DNA of 64,000 nt from Minisyncoccota bacterium (GTDB taxonomy: Bacteria > Patescibacteriota > Minisyncoccia > UBA6257 > GWB1-50-10), in the NCBI GenBank assembly GCA_035573955.1, contig DATLZO010000003.1, positions 255-64,254 on the forward strand, given 5' to 3'. Position numbers and translations under genes: made by a program. The stretch's first letter is position 1. Each line of letters starts with the position of its first letter. Shown piece by piece: positions 7,691-18,158 of the stretch. Below the pieces are notes generated by a model. The model did not search any database. It was not told the origin of the DNA and saw only the letters and a list, made by a program, of their open reading frames with translations.

Positions 7691-8455
7691 CTAAAAAGCA
7701 GTGAGAATTTCCGAGCCTCTTTCCGTGATAGCAACCGTGTGCTCAAAATGGGCCGATAGGTCGCCATTCTCGGTCTCGAAACTATCGTCTTCCTTCTGGC
7801 GCGCCCGTTCGGATTTCAAGGCCACCATCGGTTCAATGGCGAGCACCATGCCCGGCACAAGCTCAATCCCATCACCTTTGTCACCGTAGTTATAAACTGT
7901 CGGTTCCTCATGGAGCGCGAAACCTACACCGTGGCCGGTGAGATTCCGGATGATCTTGAAACCCGCCTTCTCCACAACACTCTCTACAATATGTCCCACA
8001 TTCCCTAAGCGGTTACCGGGTAAACACTCCTCCAAGGCCTTTTCCAGGGAAGTTTTAGTAGTCTCAATAAGCTTTTTTACCCCGTGCGGAAGGTCGCCGA
8101 TTCCCACCGTGAGAGCCGCGTCGGTGTAATAACCTTTGTAGATCACACCCGCGTCAATTTTTAGGACGTCACCGGACTTCAAGGTGTAGTCCGAAGGTAA
8201 ACCGTGGACTACTATCTCGTTCACCGAAGTGCAGATGGAAGCAGGATAAACCTTCGCCGCTCCCTCCGGCCGGTAGCCCAAAAAGGCGGGTTTGCCGCCA
8301 GATTCCTCGATAAGCTTCCGCGCCAATTCATCCAAGTAAGATAACTTCACGCCGGGCTTCGCCGCCTCTTTCAGAAACTCTAGGACAGATGCGAGAATAA
8401 CCCCCGACTGGCGCAAGAACCCTAAGTCTTTTTCGTTTTTCAAACGCACCTTCAC
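7691..8455 (-). CDS. map: Methionine aminopeptidase type I
   Basis: SVNEIVVHGLP, GHGVG..LHEEP, AIEPM, SAHFEHT. Confidence 0.95.
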   Translation of the reverse strand: MKVRLKNEKDLGFLRQSGVILASVLEFLKEAAKPGVKLSYLDELARKLIEESGGKPAFLGYRPEGAAKVYPASICTSVNEIVVHGLPSDYTLKSGDVLKIDAGVIYKGYYTDAALTVGIGDLPHGVKKLIETTKTSLEKALEECLPGNRLGNVGHIVESVVEKAGFKIIRNLTGHGVGFALHEEPTVYNYGDKGDGIELVPGMVLAIEPMVALKSERARQKEDDSFETENGDLSAHFEHTVAITERGSEILTAF

Positions 8456-9135
8456 CGGAGTTTCAGCGCTTTTACTATCTTCGCGTAGACTTTATAGGGC
8501 GCCGGTTCTCCGTCGATCTGTACCACCCGCAGACCCATTTTTCTCGCTTCTTTTATTATTGGGAGTGTCCGATCCTCATACTGTTTCAGACGCACTTTTA
8601 TCACAGCCGGCTTGTCGAGAGTCCGCTTTCTTGCCTTCGCCCCGCAGAGTGCGCAGTTTCTTATCCCCGAAGCGGCTAAGATCGGCAATCCGCAAACAGA
8701 GCAAACAAGCCGGCCTGAATTTCTTTTTATCGAAGTCGCCGCCCGGACAGAAAGCTGGAGTATCGTTACGTGCTTCCGTCCATAAAGCTTGATAAGCGCC
8801 GCGAGAAGCCCGCCGCGACCCCTCTCCCCCAATGCCTCGTATAGCGTCCGCGGCGATCCGCTGAAGATTATGCTGTAGCCCGCCCGGCCGACTTTGGTCG
8901 CCGCGCCTTTCACTATACCCAAGACCCAAGAAGGCGTGTTGAGTTTTCCTGTGTCGAAGAGTTTCCGTTCGCGTGCTATCTGTTTGTCCCGACGCAATTT
9001 CGGGTCGTGAACAATAGATTCAATATGTTTGCCGGTGTCAAAATGGACGAAGCTGTACCCGCTCTCCAAAAGTTCTGCTTGCGTCCCTTTGCCGCTCCCC
9101 GGCGGACCGTAGATAATGACGGCTTGTTTGGACAT
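8452..9135 (-). CDS. adk: Adenylate kinase
   Basis: GPPGSGKGTQA P-loop, Zn-lid CxxC..CxxC; start moved to MSKQAVII. Confidence 0.88.
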   Translation of the reverse strand: MSKQAVIIYGPPGSGKGTQAELLESGYSFVHFDTGKHIESIVHDPKLRRDKQIARERKLFDTGKLNTPSWVLGIVKGAATKVGRAGYSIIFSGSPRTLYEALGERGRGGLLAALIKLYGRKHVTILQLSVRAATSIKRNSGRLVCSVCGLPILAASGIRNCALCGAKARKRTLDKPAVIKVRLKQYEDRTLPIIKEARKMGLRVVQIDGEPAPYKVYAKIVKALKLR

Positions 9136-9183
9136 GTATTTATCATAGTATTTTCGACGCTTTTTGGGGAGTTTGACCACCAC

Positions 9184-9211
9184 TTGACAAAATTTTAATA
9201 TTGTGTACAAT
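9184..9211 (+). promoter_or_regulatory. Sigma70-type promoter
   Basis: TTGACA-16nt-TACAAT. Confidence 0.6.
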
Positions 9212-9217
9212 GATTGG

Positions 9218-9511
9218 CAGGCACTTATATACTTAATCAAGTGGACTGAGCGAGGGTCAGTATTTCCTCGCTCAGTCCCAAAAAGGACAAAAACAAGCTG
9301 TCTGGTCCGGCCCAGGTGGAGAAGGTAGGATCCGCCAAATTGATGCGGCGACCTGCGTGTCGGGCCAGACAGTTCACGCTGACGGGAAGCGATCTACCCG
9401 GCTTTCCCGGTAGTAAGTTTGACAGGGTAGCGATGGGGTATCCGATCCGCGGGACCCCGGGAGCAACAGCGGCCGGCCGCTCCGTGGCTATCAAAGCACG
9501 GAGCGGTTTTT
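9218..9511 (+). ncRNA. Unassigned structured ncRNA (~290 nt)
   Basis: Promoter, helices 9243-9255/9266-9278 and 9296-9311/9359-9374 (3 G-U pairs on +), terminator 9477-9511. Confidence 0.6.
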
Positions 9512-9540
9512 ATTTTATATTCAAAAATTTAAAAACCCTC

Positions 9541-10812
9541 CTAAAGTATCCCTTCGTACTCGCGCACCGTAAGCTGGGATTCGATTTGCTTCATCACTTC
9601 AAGCGCTACGGCGACCACGATGAGAAGCGCCGTGCCGCCGATGGTTAAGGTCCGGATGCCAGTCACAAGTTGAGTAAGGTTTGGAAGCACCGCAATAAAA
9701 CCCAGGAAGAGCGCTCCGAAAATGGTGGTGCGGCGGACAACCTGGCTGATGGCTTCCGCAGTCGCCTCTCCTGGACGAATACCGGGAATGAAACCGCCAG
9801 AACGCTGTAAATTCTTAGAAATTTCCGCCGGATCAAAGGTGATGGCAGTGTAGAAATAAGTGAAGACGACTACCAGAAGGAAATAGATCACGCTGTAGAT
9901 AATAAGGTTGTTAAAAATTTTGGTAACAATCTCATTTAACTTCAGTGCAAGGTCGGGCGAGAAAACGGTCGCCGCTTGGGCGATAAATTGCGGAAAAAGG
10001 AGGATAGATATCGCGAAAATGATTGGAATCACGCCTGCTTGGTTCACCTTGAGTGGCAGATAGGTTGCCACTCCCCCGTACATCCGGTTGCCGCGAACCT
10101 GCTTAGCGTAGGAGACTGGGATCTTGCGCTCGCCTTCGTTTACAAAGACCACCGCCGCGATCACAACAACAGAAAGAATGGTAAAGGCGATATAGGTCGG
10201 GAGAACCGCCGGCGTGTAGGAAAGAACACTGGAGGCCACGAATTGGGGCAGGCCGCTCACAATACCGGCGAAGATGAGTAGAGAAACGCCGTTACCTATC
10301 TTGTACTCCGATATAACCTCGCCTATCCACATGAGGAAAACACTCCCAGCGGTGATAACAGCAACATTCGCGAGGAGTCCCTCGGTCGAGAGCGAGGGCA
10401 GAACTTGACGGGAAGCAAGGAGATTTAGAAAACCGTAGGCTTGGAGGACTGCCAAAGGAACCGTAAGCCAACGAGAATAGCGGTTGAACTTGGCCCGACC
10501 TTCGGCGCCCTCTTCATAATAGGCCTTTTTAAGCTGGGGGAAGATTATAGTGAGGAGCTGCATGATAATAACCGCCGTAATGTAAGGACCGACACCGAGC
10601 ATCACGACAGAAAGATTGGAAAGACCACCGCCAGAGAAAATGTTTAAAAAGCCGAAGAGTTGGTTGGAGCTGAAAAACTCATTCAAACGCACAGCATCAA
10701 TGCCCGGGATGGGAATGGCAGCGAGGAGTCGGAAAACTAAAAGCCAAAAGAGAACGAAAAGGATCTTCTTCCTTAAATCGGGAACTTTCCAAATTTGCAG
10801 GATTTTATCCAT
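9541..10812 (-). CDS. secY: Preprotein translocase SecY
   Basis: LGVGPYITA, LPLKVNQAGVIPIIFA, FIPGIRPG. Confidence 0.97.
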   Translation of the reverse strand: MDKILQIWKVPDLRKKILFVLFWLLVFRLLAAIPIPGIDAVRLNEFFSSNQLFGFLNIFSGGGLSNLSVVMLGVGPYITAVIIMQLLTIIFPQLKKAYYEEGAEGRAKFNRYSRWLTVPLAVLQAYGFLNLLASRQVLPSLSTEGLLANVAVITAGSVFLMWIGEVISEYKIGNGVSLLIFAGIVSGLPQFVASSVLSYTPAVLPTYIAFTILSVVVIAAVVFVNEGERKIPVSYAKQVRGNRMYGGVATYLPLKVNQAGVIPIIFAISILLFPQFIAQAATVFSPDLALKLNEIVTKIFNNLIIYSVIYFLLVVVFTYFYTAITFDPAEISKNLQRSGGFIPGIRPGEATAEAISQVVRRTTIFGALFLGFIAVLPNLTQLVTGIRTLTIGGTALLIVVAVALEVMKQIESQLTVREYEGIL

Positions 10813-10816
10813 AGGA

Positions 10817-11233
10817 TTATTTTACACTGCCGCCGGCTTTCTCAATCTTCGTCTTAGCCGAGGCGGATACCTCGAGACCCGAGACAGCAATAGGCGATTT
10901 TATCTCGCCACCGGCTAAAATCTTGACTCTTTCCCATTTCTTCTTAATGAAACCTTTTTTAAGAAGTGTTTCGCGGTCCAGTGTACCGCCTTCGGCAAGA
11001 TGCACCATGTCGCCAACATTCAAGACGCGGGCAGGGCGCCGACGCGGCTTATTTTTCACACCCCGAAGCTTCGGCAGGCGCATTAAAAGATCGCGCTCAG
11101 CCGGCCGTATGCGGCGGCCGGCGCGGGCTTTTTGACCCTTCTGACCGCGACCGGAAGTCGTGCCGCGCTTACCGCCGCGGCCAACCCTTTTCTTATTCCT
11201 CGCGTATGGGTTTTTAAGATTGTGGAACTGCAT
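10817..11233 (-). CDS. rplO: 50S ribosomal protein L15
   Basis: RVGRGG..GTTSGRGQKGQKARAG. Confidence 0.95.
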   Translation of the reverse strand: MQFHNLKNPYARNKKRVGRGGKRGTTSGRGQKGQKARAGRRIRPAERDLLMRLPKLRGVKNKPRRRPARVLNVGDMVHLAEGGTLDRETLLKKGFIKKKWERVKILAGGEIKSPIAVSGLEVSASAKTKIEKAGGSVK

Positions 11234-11735
11234 TTTCTTGTTTTTTCTCCCTTGGTTTCATTTTTTTAAGGGCCTCGAGTGCGGCCCGGGCGTTAGAAAT
11301 CTTGCTCGTCGTCCGACCCATAATCTTCGCCGAAACGTCGCGCACACCTGCAAGTTCCAAAACCGGACGCACGGCGCCTCCAGCAATGAGACCGTGGTTA
11401 GGTCTTGCAGGCTTCAAACGGACGCGTGCTGCCCCGTACTTGGCTTCCACATCGTAGAAGAGAGTCCGATCATCTTTCAGAGGTATCTTAATCATGCTCT
11501 TCTTTGCCTGGATTTTGGCCTTCCCTATCGCTGATGCAACGTCCAAACCCTTCGCCACACCCAAACCGACCCGGCCTTTCATATCGCCCAAAACCACTGA
11601 AGCGCGGAAACTGAAGCGCTTGCCGCCCGCAACGACGCGAGTCACACGGCGGATTTCGAGCGTTTTCTCCTTAAACTCGCTTATCTCTCGCGGAGAACGC
11701 CTCCCCCTGAATCTATTGAAACTTTGGTTCATCAT
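11214..11735 (-). CDS. rpsE: 30S ribosomal protein S5
   Basis: RVTRVVAGGKRFSF, GLIAGGAVR; start moved to the ATG. Confidence 0.95.
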   Translation of the reverse strand: MMNQSFNRFRGRRSPREISEFKEKTLEIRRVTRVVAGGKRFSFRASVVLGDMKGRVGLGVAKGLDVASAIGKAKIQAKKSMIKIPLKDDRTLFYDVEAKYGAARVRLKPARPNHGLIAGGAVRPVLELAGVRDVSAKIMGRTTSKISNARAALEALKKMKPREKKQENAVPQS

Positions 11736-11739
11736 GGTT

Positions 11740-12105
11740 TTAGAACTCCAATCCTTTAGCCCTCGCCGCATCGGCTAATGCCTTTACGCGGCCGTGATAG
11801 CGGTACTGACCGCGGTCAAAAACGACTTTCTTCACATTCTTTTCCAGGGCGCGCTCTGCAATAAGCTCGCCAACTGCCCTCGCGCTTGTTAATTTCGGAC
11901 CTTTTACCTTTGATTTCTTCATAAGTTCGAGCGAGGAAGCAGAAGCGATTGTCACTCCCTTCGAATCGTCTATCAATTGGGCGTAGATGTGGCGGTTTGC
12001 CCGGAAAACTGAGAGTCTCGGGCGAAATGAAAAGGCGCGGAACTTCATTCTAACCCGCTTTTTCCTCCTTATTATCGCCGGTTTTCTGCCTTTCAAATTT
12101 CTCAT
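11740..12105 (-). CDS. rplR: 50S ribosomal protein L18
   Basis: [24 protein letters not shown]. Confidence 0.96.
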   Translation of the reverse strand: MRNLKGRKPAIIRRKKRVRMKFRAFSFRPRLSVFRANRHIYAQLIDDSKGVTIASASSLELMKKSKVKGPKLTSARAVGELIAERALEKNVKKVVFDRGQYRYHGRVKALADAARAKGLEF

Positions 12106-12112
12106 ATCTTTT

Positions 12113-12673
12113 TTATGATGCGCTTGCCGTCGCCGCGGCTTTCTTACCAGCTTTGCGGCGGATAACCTCGTCTGAGTATCGGAAACCCTTGCCTTTGTAT
12201 GGCTCCGGTTTCTTCAGTGCCCGGATCTCAGCCGCAACCCGGCCGACCAGTTCCTTGTCAAAACCCTTTATCTTCAGAATGGTGTTTTTTTCCACTTCGA
12301 ACTGTATCCCCGGCACTGCCGCGTAGCGGACGGGGTGGGAAAAACCGAGGTTCATCTCCAGATTCTCACCGGACTTCATGACACGGTAACCCACACCCTC
12401 AAGGATAAGTGTCTTCTCGAAGCCTTTCATAAGACCCAAGACAGCATTCGCAACGAGCGCCCGAGTCGTCCCCCAGTTCGACTTGTTTTGTTTGGTGGAA
12501 TTGGTCATAGAAAATGTCAATTCTCTCTTTGTCTCGTCGTAGACAACATCCACGCCGTGGAGAACGGGGACTTTAAGCTCGTTCTTATCTTTCCGGACTA
12601 TTACGAAACCGCCATCGATTTTCACTTCGATGCCCTCTGGAACGATTATCTTTTGCTTGCCGATCTTGGACAT
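12113..12673 (-). CDS. rplF: 50S ribosomal protein L6
   Basis: [14 protein letters not shown]. Confidence 0.97.
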   Translation of the reverse strand: MSKIGKQKIIVPEGIEVKIDGGFVIVRKDKNELKVPVLHGVDVVYDETKRELTFSMTNSTKQNKSNWGTTRALVANAVLGLMKGFEKTLILEGVGYRVMKSGENLEMNLGFSHPVRYAAVPGIQFEVEKNTILKIKGFDKELVGRVAAEIRALKKPEPYKGKGFRYSDEVIRRKAGKKAAATASAS

Positions 12674-12700
12674 GTTTTTATTTATAGTAAGTTTATCGAA

Positions 12701-13072
12701 CTACCAAATCTCGAAAAGTAGTTCTCCGCCGACCTTGGAACGGCGCGCGTCCTCGCCAGTCATTATTCCCTTCGGGGTGGAAACAACAAGAAGACCGTGG
12801 CCACCCTTCACCCGCCTGAACGAAACGTATTTACCGTAGCGGCGGAGCGACGGACGACTCAGGAATTTAATTCCTTGGATCGGACGCTCGGGGTTCAATT
12901 CCAGGTCCATCACTTTCTTGAAAGAGCGGCCTTTCACGTCGACGGACACGAGAAATCCGAAACGCTTTAATATCTCGGCCACAGTCTGATCGTTCTTGGT
13001 GTGGGGAACCTTAACCGTACCCTTGCCGGAGAGACTTGCGTTCTTAATGCGTATTAAAAGGTCAATATACAT
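12701..13072 (-). CDS. rpsH: 30S ribosomal protein S8
   Basis: DLLIRIKNA, SRPSLRRY, STPKGIMT..GGE. Confidence 0.96.
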   Translation of the reverse strand: MYIDLLIRIKNASLSGKGTVKVPHTKNDQTVAEILKRFGFLVSVDVKGRSFKKVMDLELNPERPIQGIKFLSRPSLRRYGKYVSFRRVKGGHGLLVVSTPKGIMTGEDARRSKVGGELLFEIW

Positions 13073-13076
13073 GTTA

Positions 13077-13262
13077 TTACCAGCTCGACTTCTTCACACC
13101 CGGAATCTCGCCACGACTCGCCATTTCCCGGAAACAAATACGGCACATGTTGAAGTCGCGCATGTAGGCCCGCCTCCGCCCGCAACGGAAACAGCGCCGG
13201 ACGATTCTCGTCGGATACTTCGGCTTCTTTCTTGCCCTTGCGATGACGGATTTTTTGGCCAT
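13077..13262 (-). CDS. rpsZ: 30S ribosomal protein S14 (Zn type)
   Basis: RCFRCGR..CRICFRE..GVKKSSW. Confidence 0.96.
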   Translation of the reverse strand: MAKKSVIARARKKPKYPTRIVRRCFRCGRRRAYMRDFNMCRICFREMASRGEIPGVKKSSW

Positions 13263-13271
13263 AATTGCGGT

Positions 13272-13751
13272 TTATTTGCTTTGTAATGGTACTCCGACCG
13301 ACTTGTAAAAATCAATCGCTTTTTCGCGGTTCTTAATATCGGTCACAACTGTGACCTGCAACCCGAAGTTTGCTTTAGACTTTTCGGCCACAATCTCGGG
13401 AAAAACAAGCTGGTCCTTGAAGCCAATATTCAGATTCCCGGCATGGTCGACGTTACGGAGAGGAAGTCCGCGGAAATCTTTCACCCGCGGTAGAACAAAG
13501 CTGATGAGACGAATGAAGAAATCCTGCATCCGCTTGCCCCGCAGAGTCGTCTGGAGACCGACGATGTCGCCCTCCCTCGTCTTGAAACCGGCGATGGATT
13601 TCTTTGCCGCCCGTGGCGCCGGCTTTTGACCGGTGATAAGTGCAACTTCTTTCATTACCTCCGGAAGTATCTTATCCTCGAAACCCGAAATACTCCGGAG
13701 TTTACCGAGGCCAATGTTAACGACGATCTTCTTTAAATGGCTTTTTTTCAT
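13272..13751 (-). CDS. rplE: 50S ribosomal protein L5
   Basis: KIVVNIGLG, ITGQKP, LPRVKDFRG. Confidence 0.96.
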   Translation of the reverse strand: MKKSHLKKIVVNIGLGKLRSISGFEDKILPEVMKEVALITGQKPAPRAAKKSIAGFKTREGDIVGLQTTLRGKRMQDFFIRLISFVLPRVKDFRGLPLRNVDHAGNLNIGFKDQLVFPEIVAEKSKANFGLQVTVVTDIKNREKAIDFYKSVGVPLQSK

Positions 13752-13757
13752 GGTCTT

Positions 13758-14063
13758 CTAAAACGCGCTCTTGCATTTCTTGCAGTAACGAGTCTTCGTC
13801 TTGCCTTCTATCCTGTATCCAACCCGGACCGCTCTGCCGCACGAGGGACAAACGAGCATAACGTTCGGGACCATGAGCGGCCGAGCGACGAAAACCGTCT
13901 CGCCCTTTTCACCCTGGCGCTTCGCTCGGACATGTTTCTTGTAAAGGTTAACCCCCTCGATCAGAACTGTACCGGACTTGTAGTCAACATTAATAACCTT
14001 GCCGGTCTTTCCCCGCTCCTTACCCTTCATAACTTTTACATTGTCTCCTTTCCTGATATTCAT
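13758..14063 (-). CDS. rplX: 50S ribosomal protein L24
   Basis: MNIRKGDNVKVMKGKERGKTGKV. Confidence 0.95.
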   Translation of the reverse strand: MNIRKGDNVKVMKGKERGKTGKVINVDYKSGTVLIEGVNLYKKHVRAKRQGEKGETVFVARPLMVPNVMLVCPSCGRAVRVGYRIEGKTKTRYCKKCKSAF

Positions 14064-14067
14064 GGCA

Positions 14068-14433
14068 TTAAACGAGCTCCTCAGCAAGTGATGCAATTGT
14101 GTCGTAACCTTTTTCCTTTATCTCGCGGGGAATAGGCCCGAAAATGCGGGTCGCCCGCGGTTCCTTTTTATCGATCAGGACGACCGCGTTTTCATCGAAG
14201 CGGAGATACGAACCATCGGGCCGTCGCAGGGGTTTTCGCTGCCGGACGACGAGTGCCCGGACCACATCTTTCTTTTTCACCGTTTTACGCGGTTCGACAA
14301 CCTGTATTGAGGCGACAACGATATCACCTATGCCGGCGTAGCGGCGCTTCGAACCTCCGAGAATCCTAAAGACACGGACAGTCTTCGCGCCCGAGTTATC
14401 GGCTACTTTTAAGATGGAACGCTCTTGAATCAT
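14068..14433 (-). CDS. rplN: 50S ribosomal protein L14
   Basis: [20 protein letters not shown]. Confidence 0.97.
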   Translation of the reverse strand: MIQERSILKVADNSGAKTVRVFRILGGSKRRYAGIGDIVVASIQVVEPRKTVKKKDVVRALVVRQRKPLRRPDGSYLRFDENAVVLIDKKEPRATRIFGPIPREIKEKGYDTIASLAEELV

Positions 14434-14503
14434 GGTATGCTAACGGTTTCAGTGAATAGGCTCTTGTGAATATTCATGGATTCGCGCAATTCGTAGATCC
14501 GCA

Positions 14504-14734
14504 TTAGTTTATTTTCCGGATTATTATCCATTTTTTCTCTTTAGACAAAGGTCTTGATTCCTGGATAATAACCTTATCTCCCGATTTATACTCGTTCTTC
14601 TCGTCGTGGGCTTTAAACCGGGTTGTCACCTTGAAATACTTACCGTAGCGAGGATGCTTCTTCATGCGTTCTACCGCCACCACTCTTGTCTTATTCATTT
14701 TGTCGGACACGACAGTCCCTTGAATCTTTCTCAT
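14504..14734 (-). CDS. rpsQ: 30S ribosomal protein S17
   Basis: [18 protein letters not shown]. Confidence 0.96.
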   Translation of the reverse strand: MRKIQGTVVSDKMNKTRVVAVERMKKHPRYGKYFKVTTRFKAHDEKNEYKSGDKVIIQESRPLSKEKKWIIIRKIN

Positions 14735-14739
14735 GTTCT

Positions 14740-14952
14740 TTATTTAACGGTTCGTTCTCGCGCCCGTTCGCGCTTGATGGTCAAAAGTTGAGCTAAACTC
14801 TTTCTTATCTGTCTGATCTCCCTGATATTCTTCACTTTTCCGAGCGCCAAGTCCATCTTTAATGCGTTTAGGCGCTCCTCGTAATGCCGGATCTCCTTAT
14901 CCACCTCGGGCGTGGTTTTGGCTCTGAAATTTTGCAGTTCTTTTCTTTTCAT
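14740..14952 (-). CDS. rpmC: 50S ribosomal protein L29
   Basis: Operon position; [13 protein letters not shown]. Confidence 0.9.
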   Translation of the reverse strand: MKRKELQNFRAKTTPEVDKEIRHYEERLNALKMDLALGKVKNIREIRQIRKSLAQLLTIKRERARERTVK

Positions 14953-14956
14953 GATT

Positions 14957-15370
14957 TCAGGATTTCACGATTATCTTGGTGATGACCGGAAGCTTGTGGC
15001 CGGCGACGCGGAGCGCCTCGGTAGCGGCTTTCTCCGACACACCGTCTATTTCGAAAAGAATCCTGCCGGGCTTCACAGGCACAACATAGTGGCTCACGTC
15101 TCCCTTGCCCCCTCCTAAGGTAACCTCGGGCGGCAAGGCAGTCACGGGTTTGTCGGGGAAAACGCGGATCCATATCCTTCCCTCTCTCTTTAGGGAATGG
15201 GTTATCGCCTTCCTGGCTGCCTCGATCTGGGCCGAAGTAACCCAGGCCGCCGAGCGTGCCTGCAAGCCGAAACTGCCGAAAGCGAGATGTACACCCCTTG
15301 TCTCCTTCATCCTTCCCCGAGAACGCCCTTTATGCATCTTTCTGTGCTTTTGTTTTTTAGGTTGAAGCAT
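14957..15370 (-). CDS. rplP: 50S ribosomal protein L16
   Basis: MLQPK, WIRVFPDKP, GGGKG. Confidence 0.97.
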   Translation of the reverse strand: MLQPKKQKHRKMHKGRSRGRMKETRGVHLAFGSFGLQARSAAWVTSAQIEAARKAITHSLKREGRIWIRVFPDKPVTALPPEVTLGGGKGDVSHYVVPVKPGRILFEIDGVSEKAATEALRVAGHKLPVITKIIVKS

Positions 15371-15373
15371 GAT

Positions 15374-16069
15374 TTATTGGTTAAACTTACTCGGCTTATC
15401 GCTCTTCTCTTCAAAAATATCCCCTTTGTAGAGCCAGACCTTGATACCTACGGTGCCATAGGTTGTGTAAGCGGTCGCTTCGCCATAATCTATGTTCGCC
15501 CGGAGAGTCTGGAGCGGCATCCGGCCGAAGGCCTGCCAATCGCTCCTCGAAATTTCCGCGCCGTTAAGACGACCGGAAATTTTTATCTTCCCGCCCTTCA
15601 CACCCTTATTCTGCTTCAGTCCCTCCATCTGCTGGCGCATTGCCGTACGGTAAGGTAAACGCCGCTCAATGTCGAAAGCAACCTGCTGAGCAACAACGGA
15701 AGCGGAAATTTCCATCCGCTTCAATTCCTCGACATTCAGATTGAGAGTGAAATTACCCTTCCAGCCGGCTTTACGGCGAAGAGCTTTTATTTCTTTCAAA
15801 AGCTCGTTCCTTAGATCCTCGATCCCCTTACCACCCCGACCAATGATTAGGCCGGGCCTGGCCGCCCGGATAGACACCCTAATACCGTCGCCGGTCCGCT
15901 CGATTTCGATGCCGGCGATGCCGGCCTGGAGAATCTTCCTCTTCACGACTTTGCGTATAAGTTCGTCCTCCTGCAAGAAAAAGCGGCGGTCTTTGCGAAA
16001 GAACCATTGACTCGACCACTTGGTTGTTACTCCCAGTCGGAGCGCATTCGGTTTTGTCTTTTGGGCCAT
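15374..16069 (-). CDS. rpsC: 30S ribosomal protein S3
   Basis: ARPGLIIGRGG, SGRLNGAEI, PLQTLRA. Confidence 0.97.
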   Translation of the reverse strand: MAQKTKPNALRLGVTTKWSSQWFFRKDRRFFLQEDELIRKVVKRKILQAGIAGIEIERTGDGIRVSIRAARPGLIIGRGGKGIEDLRNELLKEIKALRRKAGWKGNFTLNLNVEELKRMEISASVVAQQVAFDIERRLPYRTAMRQQMEGLKQNKGVKGGKIKISGRLNGAEISRSDWQAFGRMPLQTLRANIDYGEATAYTTYGTVGIKVWLYKGDIFEEKSDKPSKFNQ

Positions 16070-16102
16070 GGCTTTAAATGATTGAACAATCGAGCTTTTA
16101 AA

Positions 16103-16618
16103 TCAAACCGACTTCCGGCGGAAAATTTTTCGAAGAAAACCGGGCTGCGCCTTCGGTTTTTCGACCGTTTTCTTCTCCTTCGGCGCCTCCTTTTCCTTAA
16201 CCTCTTTCTTTTCCTTTGGTAGCTTCACCTTCTTCTCTTTCTTGGGCTTGCCGATCAAGGTAAATTTTGATGCCTTGGGCTTCACCATCTTCCCGAGAAC
16301 TATGGTCACATGGCTCATTTTTTTCTCGATCAACGTCGCCCGCCCGAAAGCCCGCGGCATGAAACGCTTGAGACGCGGCCCTTGGTCGACTTTGATTTCC
16401 TTCACATAGAGCGAGTTTGGCGAGAGAGATTCTTTTTTAGCATTAGCTACAGCCGAGCGGAGTAGCTTCAGGATAGCGGCAGCGGGGCGGCGATTATTAG
16501 CCATCAATTGAACCTCCGCTTCCTCAATAGAAAGGCCGCGCACCAAATCCGCCACGAATCTGACCTTTCGGGGCGATATTTTCAGATACTTCAGTTTTGC
16601 TGTCACAGTTTCTCTCAT
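16103..16618 (-). CDS. rplV: 50S ribosomal protein L22 with Lys-rich C-terminal extension
   Basis: ISPRKVR, SAVANA, SHVTIV. Confidence 0.95.
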   Translation of the reverse strand: MRETVTAKLKYLKISPRKVRFVADLVRGLSIEEAEVQLMANNRRPAAAILKLLRSAVANAKKESLSPNSLYVKEIKVDQGPRLKRFMPRAFGRATLIEKKMSHVTIVLGKMVKPKASKFTLIGKPKKEKKVKLPKEKKEVKEKEAPKEKKTVEKPKAQPGFLRKIFRRKSV

Positions 16619-16629
16619 TTTTTACGGGA

Positions 16630-16959
16630 TTATTTCTTTGCTCCTGCTGTGGGCGCGCCAGGCGGGTTTGCCGTTTTCGCCTGCATCTCAAGCTCTTTCT
16701 GAATTTTGCCGCCGTGCCTTGTAAACCGCCGGGTCGGGGCAAACTCGCCGAAACGGTGGCCAACCATATCCTCAGAAACTTTCACCTCAACAAAAGTCTT
16801 GCCGTTGTGAACACCGAAAATGAAACCAACCATCTCCGGAGAGATTTCGGAATCGCGCGACCAAGTTTTGATGATCTCCCGCGAACCGGGAGTGAGTTTA
16901 GAAACCTTTTTCAATAATTTCGGGTCAACGTACGGCCCTTTTTTGCTTGAACGAGACAT
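16630..16959 (-). CDS. rpsS: 30S ribosomal protein S19
   Basis: [22 protein letters not shown]. Confidence 0.97.
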   Translation of the reverse strand: MSRSSKKGPYVDPKLLKKVSKLTPGSREIIKTWSRDSEISPEMVGFIFGVHNGKTFVEVKVSEDMVGHRFGEFAPTRRFTRHGGKIQKELEMQAKTANPPGAPTAGAKK

Positions 16960-16963
16960 GTTT

Positions 16964-17785
16964 TTATTTTCTTCTCTTCAAAATCATCTTGTTCGACCAC
17001 TTCTTTCGCTTTCTTGTCTTACGACCGCCGGTAATGTTGCCCCATTTATCCTTGGGTCTCTTAGTGCCGCGCTGGGTGCGGCCTTCACCGCCACCGTACT
17101 TGTGGTCGCGCGGGTTCATAACCGAAGCCCGGACGGTTGGCCGGATGCCCAGATGCCTTGAACGCCCAGCTTTGCCAATGGTGACGAGATTGTGCTCGAT
17201 ATTTGACACCTGACCGATGGAAGCCCGGCATTCCCAAGAAACTTTTCGCACTTCGCCTGAAGGCATTTTGAGATGAGTATAGCCATCCTCATTCGCAAGA
17301 ATTTGAACCGATGTCCCTGCCGAACGACCGATCTGGCCGCCGCGTCCGGTGTGCAATTCGACGTTGTGGACAAAAGTTCCAACTGGGATCCGTTTCAGAA
17401 TCGTCCGGTTGCCAACCTCGAATGGTGCAGTGTCGGAATTCACTATTTCTGCTCCGACCTTCAAACCATTCGGTGAAAGTATGTAACGTCGCTCGCCGTC
17501 GCGATAGACCACGAGGGCGATGAAAGCGGTGCGGTAAGGGTCATATTCAACTGTTTCCACTCGCCCCGGGATGTTCAGTTTGTCGTTTCGGAAATCTACC
17601 AGCCGGTAAAGCGACTTGGCACCGCCGCCCTGATGGCGCATCGTTATCCTCCCCTGAGAATTCCGACCGGCGCGCTTCGATAGACGGCGAAGAAGCGTTT
17701 TTTTGGGCGAAACTTTAGAAAGCCCGCTGTAGTCAGGGTTAGTTATGAATCTGCGCGAATGTGTTGTCGGTTTGTAGGATTTCAT
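16964..17785 (-). CDS. rplB: 50S ribosomal protein L2
   Basis: [26 protein letters not shown]. Confidence 0.97.
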   Translation of the reverse strand: MKSYKPTTHSRRFITNPDYSGLSKVSPKKTLLRRLSKRAGRNSQGRITMRHQGGGAKSLYRLVDFRNDKLNIPGRVETVEYDPYRTAFIALVVYRDGERRYILSPNGLKVGAEIVNSDTAPFEVGNRTILKRIPVGTFVHNVELHTGRGGQIGRSAGTSVQILANEDGYTHLKMPSGEVRKVSWECRASIGQVSNIEHNLVTIGKAGRSRHLGIRPTVRASVMNPRDHKYGGGEGRTQRGTKRPKDKWGNITGGRKTRKRKKWSNKMILKRRK

Positions 17786-17795
17786 GGTTGCATTG

Positions 17796-18155
17796 TCAGC
17801 TTATCTCGAGTTTCTCGCCCTTCGCGAGCGTTACCACTGCCTTCTTAAAACCGGAGGCGCGGCCAAAGACATTACCGACGCGCTTGGTTTTGCTCTTCTG
17901 GCGGATGATATTTACGGAGGCGACTTTCACTCCGTAGCGGCGACTTACTTCCTTGCCAACCTCATTCTTGTTCGCGGACTTGTTGACCAGAAAAACGTAC
18001 TGGTTGTAAACGCCAAGGCTTGCTGCCTTCTCGCTCAGCCAGGCTTTTCTTATCAGCTTGAAATTAGCCGGTGCATGAACAATGCCGACATCGCCCTTCG
18101 GTGCAACTGGTTCTCCCTTATTGATTTTCTTGGATCTGGATCTTAGGAAAGCCAT
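17796..18155 (-). CDS. rplW: 50S ribosomal protein L23
   Basis: SEKA, ANKNEV, KKAVVTL. Confidence 0.92.
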   Translation of the reverse strand: MAFLRSRSKKINKGEPVAPKGDVGIVHAPANFKLIRKAWLSEKAASLGVYNQYVFLVNKSANKNEVGKEVSRRYGVKVASVNIIRQKSKTKRVGNVFGRASGFKKAVVTLAKGEKLEIS

Positions 18156-18158
18156 TTG

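Noticed and set aside
9237-9648. ORFs 9237..9494 and 9316..9648
   Set aside because: No recognisable protein features; the region is better explained by RNA structure.
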